This document shows positions 47,906-60,183 of a DNA stretch of 64,000 bases, piece by piece. The position numbers and the translations under genes were made by a program. Below the pieces are notes generated by a model. That model did not search any database, was not told where the DNA came from, and was given only the letters and a program-made list of their open reading frames with translations. Location of the stretch: the NCBI GenBank assembly GCA_030167865.1, contig JALAGF010003204.1:1-64000 (forward strand), read 5' to 3'. Origin of the DNA: Craspedostauros australis. Taxonomy: Eukaryota. Numbering within the stretch: position 1 is the first letter of the stretch; every line of letters begins with the position of its first letter.

Positions 47906-48986
47906 ATGGACGGAGGTGGTCATGAAGGCGGCGGCACGCTTGCCAACGTCGGCTGGCACTTCGTCGTGCTGATGAGCCGTCAGGGCAAGATCCGTCTCTC
48001 CGAATTCTTCTCCTCGTACACGGAGAGCGAGAAGCGCCGGATTCTGCGAGATATCGCCGGAGACGTGCTGCCGCGCGCGCCCAAGATGTGCAACATCATC
48101 GAGAAGGGAACGTACAAGTTCGTGTACCGTCGGTACGCCAGCCTCTACTTCGTCATCGGCGTGCCGCACGGCATGAACGAGCTCATCGTGCTGGAGCAGA
48201 TCCATCTCTTCGTGGAGGCCCTCGATGGGTACTTCAATTCAGGTGCGTTTCGGCTTCGCTCACATCATGCTCCGCCAGAGTGAAGTGCTTCCACTGCATT
48301 CGCTGGCATCTTTCATGGAGATTTCCCGTGGAGGTCTTCCATGGAGGTCTTCCATGGATGGGTGCCAGCACCAGCGCCTTGCCAATTCGTGCTTTACGTT
48401 GAATGTTGCCACAGGTTTCGCCAAGGCGGCCGGAGATGTCCATGAGAATCGGGACAGTGTTCTGTCGCAGCTCCGCTAAACCCTGCGTGGCCTCGCCTCT
48501 CCCAATGCCGTGCCCGCCCATACCATCATATGAATGCGTCGATTGACAAAATTGCTTCACCTTGATGGACGTCGATTGTCTTTGACTTGGCGTCTCCATC
48601 CCTCCAACGGCACCACTTTATCACGGAATCATTGCACTCACATACATACCATACATTCTCTCCTGTTCATTCATTCTGCTCTGTTGTCACTTGTATTCCT
48701 TCATGGAATGGTGGACCTGATGTACCGACTGACAGTGTGTGAGTTGGATTTGGTGTTCTCGCTTCACAAGTCCCTGCTCATTCTCTTCGAAATGTTCGTG
48801 GGCGGCAAGCTGTGTCAGAGCAACAAGCGCGAAGTGCTGAAAGCCATCGTGGAAGCAGAGGAGCTGGTGGAAGAGCTGACAAAGCCGGGAGATGACACAG
48901 CCAGTCAGCTGGATGATGGTCTGTCCTTCCAAGAACAGTTCCAGCTCGGTCGCAAACCTGGACGAAGAACGGGCGGAGGAAGGTGA
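47906..48986 (+). CDS. Clathrin adaptor complex small (sigma) subunit, AP-1 sigma-like; exons 47906-48242, 48736-48986
   Basis: [50 protein letters not shown] across intron 48243-48735. Confidence 0.9.
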
Positions 48987-49741
48987 AGCCGACAAATCGG
49001 GTCTCCATGAGCAGCATGCGTTCTGCGCGAACTGCATCACGAGCCATTCACGCAGGCACAAGTTGCGCATACATACGAAAAGCAGCGGAGGGAGCGGCAC
49101 CGCTCTACCGCATTGGTACTCTATTGAGCACAAGTACGAACAAGTAAAGATCAATATCGACCAATGCAACAGTGTGTATAGCATCCTCTTGAGTAACCAA
49201 GAGGATGAAGTGGTGTTCCATCAACTGCATCCAGCACTACTCCGACGCAAGTGTGCAATACGATGCCGCTAAGGCTGTGCATAGTAGAGCAGAGGAGTCG
49301 CGTGTCCTTCCTGGTGTATCATAATATGCATGTATGGTAGGTGTTGGCATGTGGCGTTATTCCTCTACTTACTCGTCGATTCATAGATGCCTGTGTGGCG
49401 ACCGTCGGCGTCCTGTCCAGTCATTGCTTCCAGAAGCAAGCACGCACACTGAAATCGAGCTGAGCCGCCTATCATGTCCACATTGCACAGTTGCAAACTC
49501 GCGTTGCAGCTCGACAAAGTGATGTTTGCACCACATACCATCGTCGCCATCATTGATGCGCGAATTCCGTTGAGGTTGTGGATCATGTGCCGAGTGCTCT
49601 GGCTGGAGTGCACTCTTTCTCCAGTCCACAACGAATGCGAAATGAAGAGATGCCGAGCGTCGCGGCGCAGTGCAAACGCTCAAGAGGGCATCTATTCTGT
49701 GGTACGTCTTCGTGCGAGTACTTCAATGGCATTCCATGAAG

Positions 49742-51711
49742 TTACGGCCGATTCTGTCCATTTTGGGGTGGCGCTCCTGGATCCCCTCCGGCAGACGCCT
49801 GATCCTGTACTGTGTTGAACGAGCTGCAGCTTGGGCACTGGGTTCCCAGGAAGTGCCAATTCTGCCGTACGCTCCTGGCTTCGCAGTCGTTGCAAATGAT
49901 ATCGACCGATCGTTGCAAATCCGCCGGCATGGGATGCTCGGCAATATCCCGAGCGCGAGCCTCCCAAGCCGCCGCCATCGACTGCTGTGATACCACTGTC
50001 TTCTTGCAAATGGGGCAGCGATAATCGAAACCAGCCAGCTTCCGGAAGCAGTGAGCATGGATGGCATGCCCGCACGGCAGATCCTGCGGGGATTGTCTTG
50101 ACGAGAACATATCTTCGCGGCAAACTGGGCAGTTGTTTTTGTACTTGTCCTTGAAGCATTGGTGCGTGTTGAAGACGCTGACGGAGATGCACATGCAGCA
50201 TTCGTTACAGTGTCTGAATGATTCTCTTCCGCCGACTCTGCAGAATCCACATTGGTGACAGTGGAACGGCTTCCGTGACTGTGTGCGCGCGTTTGCAAAC
50301 AATTGTGTACGGTGTGGCAAAATTGGTTTGTGTGCGTGTTTGGGTGTATGCATCGTGCATGGACAGCGTATCCATAGTGTGCGGATGGTTGGGTTCGTTT
50401 GGCGTGGTGTGGAATTGGTCCCAGCCAGAATGGAAATAGGCATGGAGGAGTGAGTTGATGTGCTGTTGTGAGTATTATGGTACAGACCAACGATGATGTG
50501 GGCGTGGATGTGGATCTGGATGCGGTTCACTTGGACACCATCAAGAAGATCGAAAGGAGAAAGAGCAGACCCATCCCAAAGACCTTTGCCATTCCAACAC
50601 AAGAACGCAAAGTCGCCCCAGCAAAAATGCAAACCTACCTGCGCCATCCATAGGTTACAGATATGGCAGTGATATTCGCCAAACACCGTTTGGCAACTGA
50701 TACAATGATTCCTGTGTCGTTCCGAACGTTGTTGTTGTTGTTGTCGTTGTGCGGTACAATGATGGTTGATTGATTCAATGATTGAGTGATTGTTTTCGTG
50801 GAGCAGATATCGATCGTCCAGGCCAATACGGAGACACGAGAAAGTGAAATGGGACGTGAGAAGCTGGCGTTAGCGTTAGTGTTTGTATTTGAAGAAGCTT
50901 TGATGTCAACCATTGAACAGGCCTCTCCAGGAGCACACAGCAGCGCAGAACCAGCGCCATGGGATTCTTCATGGATACCAACGCATGTAATCGTTTGGGT
51001 GGATGAATGATGGCGAAGCGAATATAGTATCTTGCTGCAAGAGCAAACATTCTCATAATCGCAGTTACCGATTTGCTTCGCCATTTCAATCTCGATCAAG
51101 TAGAGACCCCCAGACAGAGGCCATACTCCCCGTCTCACGACAACGATCGTATCAACAGAGACACACTCCATACACAACCACACGCATACAACCACACGCA
51201 TACAATCACACGCGTACATGCGCGACACTTACGACGCTGCCTGCCTGGTATTGCAGAGCTTGCAAACGACTTCCCGCACATGGAATCGGTTCATGGGCGG
51301 GTGCCCTGGCGGGCTCATCTCGTCATGGCAGATGCGGCAGCCGAAAACCCTGTTGCAGCACGGCGCCACGATGTTGCAATTGCGCTCGTAGTGACCGCAG
51401 ACGTTTCTGCTCTCGGGGGTTGGCACCACGGGTGCCTGCTGGGGCGTGACCTCCGTGCGTCCACCAGACATGAGGTTTTGGATCCTCATTCGCTTCTCGG
51501 CATCGCTGAGCGACGTGTCTCTCTGAATGGCCTGAATGGCTCTGCGACGTGCAATCGCCGCATCGTCCTCCACCCGCTCCGGTGCTGGTGCTGGCGCGTC
51601 TTCGGCCATCTCCTCTTCATCCTCCTCGTCCTCCTCGTCGTCTTCATTGATGTCATCGTCGCTGTCACCCATATCAGCGTCGATCATGACGTAGTCATCA
51701 CCGGATGCCAT
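49742..51711 (-). CDS. RCHY1: RING finger and CHY zinc finger protein (Pirh2-like E3 ligase); exons 51711-51233, 50711-50639, 50278-49742
   Basis: CGHYERNC...CCNRVFGCRICHDE, FGEYHCHICNLW, FHCHQCGFCRVG, RING CPVCREDMF...LPCGHAIH...CPICKK, zinc ribbon ICNDC...CPSCSSFNT. Confidence 0.92.
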
Positions 51712-52799
51712 TGTTGTCTAGAGTATTGGGACTGTGGTGCAGAGTATAATAGAATAGAATAGAATAGTATGGAGTAGAGGATTCTGTTTGATGTCCTTGT
51801 TCTTGATGTTCTCGGTATCTTCGAAGTCCTCGATCTCCACGTTGCGTGCTCTGCGTTCTGCGTCCGATGCTGACTTCTGTGCGAGCGCAATTCTGCAATC
51901 CTGAGATGCCACGGGTGTGTGATGTAGCTGGAGGAACTGGGAGGTCCTGCGCTGTCCTATGCACAGTATGCTACTCGAGAACGGGAATGTGTCGTCTCGG
52001 GTGGTATGACCTGTGACTTTCGAAGGCAGCGGGTGCTGATGGCAGACGTATCTAGTAGCAGGTGAGCGACAGCACGAAGTAGGCGCCTTGTGTATTCGTA
52101 GCGTACTATTGTGTGATGAGAGTATTGTGGATGCTCTTCTCTCTATTCGTTCGCTTGCGTGTGCTTGATTGTGGGAGAGAAAAGTGCCGGCTCTGGTGCA
52201 ACATCAGAACATGGTGCCGTACCATGGGGATCATCGCCCCGCACTCGTAAGTGCCTCGCGTGGGTGGGATGGAGGTCCCTTTCTCCGCCGTCCTCCCACT
52301 GACGGAAATAGAGACATGCGCGGATGGCTCAGCATGATCACTGCGCCTGTGTGTGTGTTTGGCGTTGCGTGCCTTCGCGACATTCTCACCTTCGCCATTT
52401 GTGGTTCGAATGGGTCGTCGATTGAGTCATCAGTCATCCAAACCAATCAGTATCCACGATTACCATGTGATATGGCACCACACGAATGGTAGCATCACGA
52501 ATGTAGGAGATAGAAGCGTGGATTGTTTGGTGGTCTCCAAGTCACCATGCTTCACGTTGGTGCTCGTTCCAACAGGATCATCATCATCATCATCCTGACG
52601 AATACAAACAACAAGGAGGACCACTAACCACTCTCCAGCTCTGTGCTCGTGTGTGGATTAGCGCACCTTGATCATTTGAAGGTGGTGTCGTGGAAAAGTG
52701 GAAACTACTACAGCTGCGCACAGTGGTTACGGTTGCTCGCAGGCACGCATGTAACTAGTCTCTCCTCGTCGAGTTGGCTCGACTCCATGGTACGCCTGC

Positions 52800-52850
52800 C
52801 TACTCCCATTCGATTGTGGCAGGCGGCTTGGAGCTGATGTCGTAACAGAG

Positions 52851-52884
<34 letters not shown>

Positions 52885-55245
52885 CTGCTCATGGTGCCCA
52901 TCACATCGTAGGGGAGGTGGTAAAAGTCCGCGGTCATGTAGTCTGTGGTCTCCACGCAACGGACGCTGGCGACCCATTCGTAGGTGCGTCCATCTCCCAT
53001 GACGCCGACCGATTTGACCGGGAGCAAAACGACGAAGGCCTGACCGATCTTGCGGTAGTGACCGCTCTTCAACAGCTCCTCGATCACGATGTCATCGGCT
53101 TCCTGGAGGATCTTGACCCGGTCGCGTGTCACCTCTCCCAGGATGCGGATGGCGAGGCCTGGACCAGGGAATGGATGGCGCCACACGCTGGTTTCATCGA
53201 TTCCCAGCGCCATTCCCAGCTCTCTCACCTCATCCTTGAACAGTTCGCGAAGTGGCTCGATCAGCTTGAGCTTCATGGTATCAGGCAGACCACCGACGTT
53301 GTGGTGCGTCTTGATCGTCGCAGATGGGCCTTTGTAGGAGATTGACTCGATAACGTCCGGGTACAGGGTTCCCTGGAGAAGGTACTCGCAATTGCCATTC
53401 AGATCGTTCTCGATCTTGGTCGCCTCCTCTTGGAACACCTCAATGAAGGTGTTGCCGATGATCTTTCTCTTCTGTTCAGGATCGGTGACGCCGGCCAGCT
53501 TGTCGAGGAACCGGTCGCAGGCATCGACACATCTGAGGTTGACGCCGCAGTCCTCGCGCATGCGCTTGAGGACCTTCTTCGCTTCATCCTTGCGAAGGCA
53601 TCCGTTGTCCACCAGCACCGCGTGAAAACGATCGCCGATGGCGCGGGTCATCAGCACGGCAGCGACAGTTGAATCGACGCCACCGCTGACAGCGCCGATA
53701 ACATGGTGCTCCCCTACCTTGGCCCGAACCGATTCGATGAACTCATTGGCGTAGTCCGTCATCACCCAGTCCTGCTTCGCGCCCGCGATCTTGATGCAGA
53801 AGTTGCTCAGGATCGTCTTTCCCAGCGGCGAGTGCGTCACTTCCGGATGGAACTGCAATCCCCACATCTTCCTCTCCGAATTCTCGATCGTGACGAACTC
53901 GGCGTTTGGTGTCGCGGCTTTGGGCACATTCCAAACAGAAGACAAGAGCAGGCGTGGCGGTGCAATTCATCGTGAGAGATTGCCTCTGTGGTTTTCCTTT
54001 CAGACGGCTGTTCGTATGCGTATGCGCATGCGTATGCACATGCGCATGGGTTTGCGCTTCCATGTGCGTGTATGCTTGCATGTGCGCCTTGGTTTGTGGT
54101 TGCAGGCGTGGATCCGATATTGTCATGACGGATACTGAAAATGCGTACAACGGCCACGGCAACTCGCTGCCCTTGGGAATTGTCTTCCAATGCAAATGCA
54201 ATTCCAAATGATCGTCGCCCAACGACACAGCACTGCTCCCCAAGTTCATTCACATTCTTCGAGCTTGCGCAATGAATGCGGGAATTTGCAATGTGCTTTG
54301 CACGCATTTCAGAAACCCTTGCCAACATTCACATCACGACATCCATGGAGAGTAGAGCATTTTGCCATTCACAGTGCTGTTCGTGGAAATTGCACAGGAC
54401 TCACCGACTGCCTTGAAGCCGTCTGGGGACTTGGTCAACTTGTCACCATGCGACATCCACATTTGGAATTCGTTGGGCATGCCATCGAAGAGCCTGGATT
54501 CGCAGCCTTCTACTCTCTTGACTATCGCCTTTCCGTACTCGTGCTTCAAACCCGGCTCGACGGCTCCGCCGAATGTGTGCGCCAGTTCCTGCATACCGTA
54601 GCAGATTCCCAGCACGGGGACGTCACGTTCCTCGATCAGCTTCCAAACTTCAGGCTTGACGTGCGGGGCGCCTTCGTCGTAGACGCTGCTGGGACCGCCG
54701 CTCAGGATCACTGCGATGAGCTTGCGCTTGCCAAGCTCCTCGGCGGAGACCAGGCAGGAGTACAGTTCGCAGAACACATTGATCTCGCGGACGCGACGTG
54801 CGATCAAATGAGAATACTGGGACCCGAAATCCAGGATCGCCACCTGAGGGCTGCAGGTTTGTTGTTGGCGGTTGTTGGCGATTATTGTGGCATCCGTGGT
54901 GTTCCGGATGGCGAATGAAGCAATGTGGATAAAGTGAAGAGTTCGGTGCGAGGTGCAGTATCGGGGGTTAAGATTGATCATTGCCTGTGTCTGTTGTGCC
55001 GCGATGCGCTCTGTATCCTTGTGACGTGTGACAATCCAATCGCAGGGAGAAATAGAGAAAGAGCGGCAGAGCCAACGAGGTGCTCCCAAACAACAACACC
55101 GGCAGCGGTGGCAGCATGCATGTTGGCAACGCAACCTAAGTCAAGTGAAGTGTCCCGACAGGCTTCCACGATGCCAAGAGCAATGATTGATGGCCACTGC
55201 GGAATCTTACCGATCGTAGGCATCGAGTTGAGCTGATTGGGCCAT
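52800..55245 (-). CDS. guaA: GMP synthase (glutamine-hydrolysing); exons 55245-55211, 54850-54405, 53917-52800
   Basis: [87 protein letters not shown]. Confidence 0.97.
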
Positions 55246-55879
55246 CTTTTCGGTTTCGAGTTGTGGCTTTTCGTTTGTGTGTGACGAGAGTCTGTTGCGG
55301 GGATGTGTCCTGTTTTATGCCGCGCTGTGCTGTGCTGCGCTGATGCGGGTACGAAGTGCAGGTATCGGTATTGCTATCTGTGTCTGTGCCCTGGGTTTGG
55401 GTTGGGGTTTGGGTCTTGTGCCTTGTCTCGGGTGAACTTGTGTCGTTTGTTCGTGCCTTCTCTCTCGTTGGCGCCTGGTTGGCAGAATGAGACTTCACCG
55501 TTGTTCTTTCCTGTTATTCTTGATGTTCTGTCTGTTGCTTTCTTGTTCAGTGGTTGGAATGTTGGTCCGACCGTCTGCCGTTGATGGCACCCTTGTGAGA
55601 ACAACACATCAACAGGCACGCGACACTGTCATCATCTCTTGGCCACGACGATTCGCAGAGTGCGGTCCTTCGCGCAAGATCGCAGTCTACCAATGCCATG
55701 TTAGACGGAACTATTGGATGACATTGAACGGATGTATTGTATTCTACGAGAGTAGCCGTACGGTATTGCTCTTCACAATCTCGTGTTGTGGTAAACGCGC
55801 ATACTACATAGAATATAATACTATTTTAATGTACTGTGTATGGATATTGTCCTGCTCTACTCGTAAAGACACGCAATAG

Positions 55880-58828
55880 TTAGGACGCCCTGCTTTGTTC
55901 CGGGCGGGCGTCCTCGGTTCTGCGGAATGTCAACAAGTACTCGGGATAAGCCTGAGCGTCGTGATACACCACAAAGACCGATGGGTTGATGACGTCGTCA
56001 ACGGTCGAATCGTAGAGCTCGAAGCTGTTGTAGGGCTTGGGATCTGGGGTCCTCTGGCCGTGATTTCCTCTGCACCAATCCCCCACAGCCACACGGCACA
56101 TGAACATATGCCGCGTGCCGTCGTCATCCGGGACGGCGTATGCCGGGTCCATGGAATACGATGCATCGCGGGCGAAATACACTCCCCCTCCGAATGCCAC
56201 GGCGTTGCGGCCAGAAAAGCTTCTGTTGAAGCCTTGCTGGTTGATCTTTTGGATGTTGTCTGCCTCTGTACCATGAAACAGCCACTTGCGTTCCACCTGT
56301 CCTTTCAGGTTGTTGGTATAGGTGCCTGGGTGCTCCTTTTGTGTGGTCTGCATAGTCTGCAACTTCACGGTGTACGATTGCCAAAGGGACATGTTCTGCA
56401 CACGTCTGATAGACGTGATCTCGACAGCATCTCTGTCTCTGGGGTGCAGCGTGCTTCGGAAGTAATCCTTCGCACATTGGTATTCTTGCGACTCTTCGCG
56501 CAATGGATATAGTCCATCCATGACGCGCGAACTTCCATTGCTCGCTGTGTCCCAGTTTGATGGTGCCCCGAGAGACGGCATTTCCGTTCCCATATTCTTC
56601 GCCAGAGATTTCATCACACCGGCATCCGCGGCTTCGGTTGCGATTTTCGGGAACCATCCTGAAGTTCTGCGCAGCTCCATGGCGTCCATAATTGTGGCCT
56701 TGATCTTGTCATCGATCTGCGATGCCTGGCGGTTGTCGATGTTTCCTGCACTCTCCGTGAGAGGATCGAAGAGGACGTTGCCGTACGCCCAACTGTCGTC
56801 GTTTGGATGCTCTCGAACTACCTTGATAAGCTGGCCTACTCTGAGCGGGAGCAAGCCCAGATGGTCGCCGTTGATTTCATCGAAGCTGGGCGGCAAAGGC
56901 GGGAGTAAGTGACCTTGCTTGGGATCGGGTTGCAACTGGTACTCCTCGCGCTGGATGCGCCGGGCGTTCCCAGATTTCAAATTGACTTGCTTCAGTTCTT
57001 GGAGGTTCAGCTCGAAGCCCGCCCCGGTGTGAGCGTTCTGCTTCTTCTTGACGTTGCTGCTGAGCTCGATTTCGAGTATGGAGTCTTCAGGGTTCTTTTG
57101 GTAGTCTTGCCACCCTATCTCGATCAGCGTTGAGATTTCGCGGTTGTACGCAACAAACTGCGTCTCCGCCAGCCGCTCGGATTCTGGATACTGATTGATG
57201 AAGCGTTGGTCCTCCTCCCAGTACCACCTCACAACCGTGGTTGGTGCATCGTTCATCGCCTGCTGGGCCTCGTTGTACTCCGCAGACGTCCGGTGCGGGA
57301 CATTTTGCTTCACCTCCACGACCCCGGTCAATTGCACGTTGATTTGCTCCGCCATTTCCTGCAATTCCGCCGCGCTTTTTTGGAGTGCACGATACTTTGC
57401 CCGGTTCTTCCTGCACATGATGAATGTAGCAATGACGAAGACCAGTGCCACGGCGGACGTGATGAACACGTAGTTCGGGATGCTGTCCTTGTCCTTCGGG
57501 AGAGGGGTCGAATCCTCGGGGATGATCCCACATGCAGTGTCCTCTCCCATGGCCGTTGGCACGACGCATAGGCCTTCCTTGTCGAGTTGGAAGACTGGCT
57601 CGGTTCCGTCGGATGGCACCGTCACCTCGCCGACTGACTTCCATGCGTACGAGTCAGACGCAGCTCTCTGCAAGTTGACGATGGAGAACCTTGGGTCCTT
57701 TCTGTCGCCCGTTTCGGTGAAAGCGACGGGTCCACTGACTCCGTCGAACTCGAGCTTCTGAAGCTCCTGGACCACACTTGCACCATCTCTGCGCTTGTCG
57801 GCAGGGACACGACCGATGGCCTTCGCAGCGGAGACGATGGCATCCACCATCATCTCGGCAGGGTACTCGGGAAGATCGTCGTATGTGTCCAGCCCTCGCT
57901 GAGCGAGGTATTGGTTGAACCGTCGCAGGAAGTCCGCGTACTCCTCGTTCCTGTTGCGGAGCGGAACCACGCCAAGGAGTCCGGGGTACGGTCGTTCTGG
58001 CGAGAATTCGGGGCTGTACCGTTCAGCCCATGCTTCGGGTGCCAGCCACACCGCATCTTCTCGCGCCAACCCCTGGGCGTACACCTGGTCCAAGATCTGG
58101 CTTGCGTCTTGGGCGTGCGCCACGAGAAGGATGATCTTCGAGTTCTGCTCAGAGTCAAGCCCTGGCAAGCTCTCCATGGCCTGGCGCACAGCGTCGGGGT
58201 CCACCATCGTGTTTCTCGCGTTGGCAGAGTCTCTCACGAAGGTGATGGTCGGCGCCTGGTAGGTCGTGCCACCCTGGGACTCCCACAAGTCGCGAAAGTC
58301 CTTGGTGAGATCTCTCGCGAATTGCTTGTCGGTCAGGAGGATGTGGACGTTCGTCCATCCCATTGCCTTGAGCACGCCCGCGAGGCCTCCGACTTGACCG
58401 AATTCGTTGTCGGGCGGGACCATCCGTGAGAAGAGCGGGTAGTCGTCGGCCCTGTCCGAGAAGATGGTGGCGGTAGACGAGATCGCCACTTGGGCGATGT
58501 TCTCCAAGGATGTGACCGTGGCAACGCTATTGGAAGCGCCGCTGCAGCGACAGCCTATCACGGCGTGGATCGCCTGGTCGAATTCGGAGCGGAGCTCCCA
58601 GTAGGCCCTGGACGCCTGCGCTGCGTCGCAGCCAGCATCTCCGATCTTACTGGTGATGGTGAATTGATCATTCTCGAAGATGTCGTCGTGCCATCCATCG
58701 GTGGGGTCGTTGAGGAAGGCGACGACGGCATTGAAGAGATCGTAGCCGTATGGGGTGTTGGCGACTCCGTACAATCCAGCCATGTTGACGACGGAATCGG
58801 TGCCGTTGACGCTCGGATTGGTTGCCAT
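55880..58828 (-). CDS. Single-pass membrane protein: ANF-receptor/Venus-flytrap ectodomain, TM, coiled coil, WWE, SH3, PARP catalytic domain
   Basis: AVIGCRCSGAS, QVAISSTATIFSDRADDYPLFSRMVPPD, MGWTNVHIL, FDGVSGPVAFTETGDR; TM YVFITSAVALVFVIATFIMC; VRWYWEED...KQVNLKSGNARRIQR; LPLRVGQLIKV...WAYG...GWFP; WLFHGT, GFNRSF, FGGGVYFARDASYS, MFMCRVAVG, YDSTVD, FVVYHDAQAYPEYLL. Confidence 0.88.
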   Translation of the reverse strand: MATNPSVNGTDSVVNMAGLYGVANTPYGYDLFNAVVAFLNDPTDGWHDDIFENDQFTITSKIGDAGCDAAQASRAYWELRSEFDQAIHAVIGCRCSGASNSVATVTSLENIAQVAISSTATIFSDRADDYPLFSRMVPPDNEFGQVGGLAGVLKAMGWTNVHILLTDKQFARDLTKDFRDLWESQGGTTYQAPTITFVRDSANARNTMVDPDAVRQAMESLPGLDSEQNSKIILLVAHAQDASQILDQVYAQGLAREDAVWLAPEAWAERYSPEFSPERPYPGLLGVVPLRNRNEEYADFLRRFNQYLAQRGLDTYDDLPEYPAEMMVDAIVSAAKAIGRVPADKRRDGASVVQELQKLEFDGVSGPVAFTETGDRKDPRFSIVNLQRAASDSYAWKSVGEVTVPSDGTEPVFQLDKEGLCVVPTAMGEDTACGIIPEDSTPLPKDKDSIPNYVFITSAVALVFVIATFIMCRKNRAKYRALQKSAAELQEMAEQINVQLTGVVEVKQNVPHRTSAEYNEAQQAMNDAPTTVVRWYWEEDQRFINQYPESERLAETQFVAYNREISTLIEIGWQDYQKNPEDSILEIELSSNVKKKQNAHTGAGFELNLQELKQVNLKSGNARRIQREEYQLQPDPKQGHLLPPLPPSFDEINGDHLGLLPLRVGQLIKVVREHPNDDSWAYGNVLFDPLTESAGNIDNRQASQIDDKIKATIMDAMELRRTSGWFPKIATEAADAGVMKSLAKNMGTEMPSLGAPSNWDTASNGSSRVMDGLYPLREESQEYQCAKDYFRSTLHPRDRDAVEITSIRRVQNMSLWQSYTVKLQTMQTTQKEHPGTYTNNLKGQVERKWLFHGTEADNIQKINQQGFNRSFSGRNAVAFGGGVYFARDASYSMDPAYAVPDDDGTRHMFMCRVAVGDWCRGNHGQRTPDPKPYNSFELYDSTVDDVINPSVFVVYHDAQAYPEYLLTFRRTEDARPEQSRAS

Positions 58829-60183
58829 CTTTGTGCGGTGTTGCGATTGAAGCGCAGTGTGAATTGTTTTGCTTTGCTTTGCTTTGTTTGTTGCACTTCG
58901 TTTGCTGTTTTGCATAGATTATGAGCAAATGGAGATATGTATTGCTGCAGCGAAGATGCTAAATCGAAGATGAAGCGTGAGAAAGCGAGAGGGGACGGTC
59001 AAAGCAACTGCAGCCATCGCGTAGACACGGTGAGATGCCCAACTTCTTCGCAGACTTGTCTCACCATGCGAACGACCTGTGGTAGTCGTACCTCACGATG
59101 AAGAAACCTTTTCTTTTTGGTCGCTCCCCCATGGACATAGAGTTCTCATGTCTTGGGCACCACACATGCGTATCTTCCGCGCCAAGGCAAGCGCGAAGGA
59201 CGGTAGTTGGTGTACGTAGGCATGGTACAAGGTATGCGACCAAGAAAGCGCCGTCGGGTCTTGGGTGCTGACATCGCCTCACTGCGGGCACTGCTCCAGC
59301 AGATGACGCGCATGGCCTCGAGCCGTTCGCAAGTCCAATAATTGCGCAACGCCAAGAAGAACAGATGGCGATGAGACATGCGCAGGCGCCACTGAGCCTC
59401 GAGTTTCGAACGAAAGGCTCAATCAAGCTTCTGTCCATTTCCGTCTCAGAATCGGTCTCTCTGTCGCTCTGTCGTTCTTCTCTTCAATCTGTTCGTCGGA
59501 GGGAGGCTTCCCATCTTTCATGTCTGGCTTCCATCCGAACTGTCAAGATACCAGCGGCGTCAAGACATCCATCGAGGGTGCGATCATAGCGGCGAGTCCT
59601 GATTCCGCTCGCCACTTGGCAGAAAAGTGTGTGCTCTGGGTTCCTGTCGCGGTTTGGAGAGGCGAAGAAATGAAGAGAACAGCGTCTCCCGTTTGCGTGT
59701 TGTGACCTGTAGACACGGACAACGTATGCACGTAACAAATGAATAATTATAACATTATTGTATTCGTACTGGTCCATCACTCCTGTGCGAATTTGAACTT
59801 AGATTCTATAAACATGGATAATAAGTAATTTACCTCCGTATCCCACAAGAGCAAAAAGCAAAATGACGGTTTTGCGTTCGTAACGGACCAGACCCATTCA
59901 TTTTGTCTAGAAAGACCTCGAGGAACGGATGTGACCTGTCGCGAGTATGTACGCAATGAAGCAAACATCATGCAGCTGCCATACCCAGGTCGGACTGCCC
60001 CGTGAAGACTCCACATGTTGTCGGAAGCGATTCTATGATGTATATTTATGGTCGAAGTACTGTTTGTAACACATCCTCTGCTTGAGGGAGTTAGTTCTCT
60101 GCTGTGGACAACAAATGTGTGCATTGTACTGAGCAAAGAAGAATGGACAAGCGTTGGCTTGTACGAGTAGATAATGCACGGTT

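Noticed and set aside
46465-51711. Ubiquitin or trafficking cluster (Josephin, AP sigma, RCHY1)
   Set aside because: Common housekeeping classes; adjacency is plausible by chance
38205-58828. Functional link between DPH1 (diphthamide, a toxin ADP-ribosylation target) and the PARP gene
   Set aside because: They are 16 kb apart with unrelated housekeeping genes between; eukaryotic proximity is not evidence, and the domain is PARP-like rather than toxin-like
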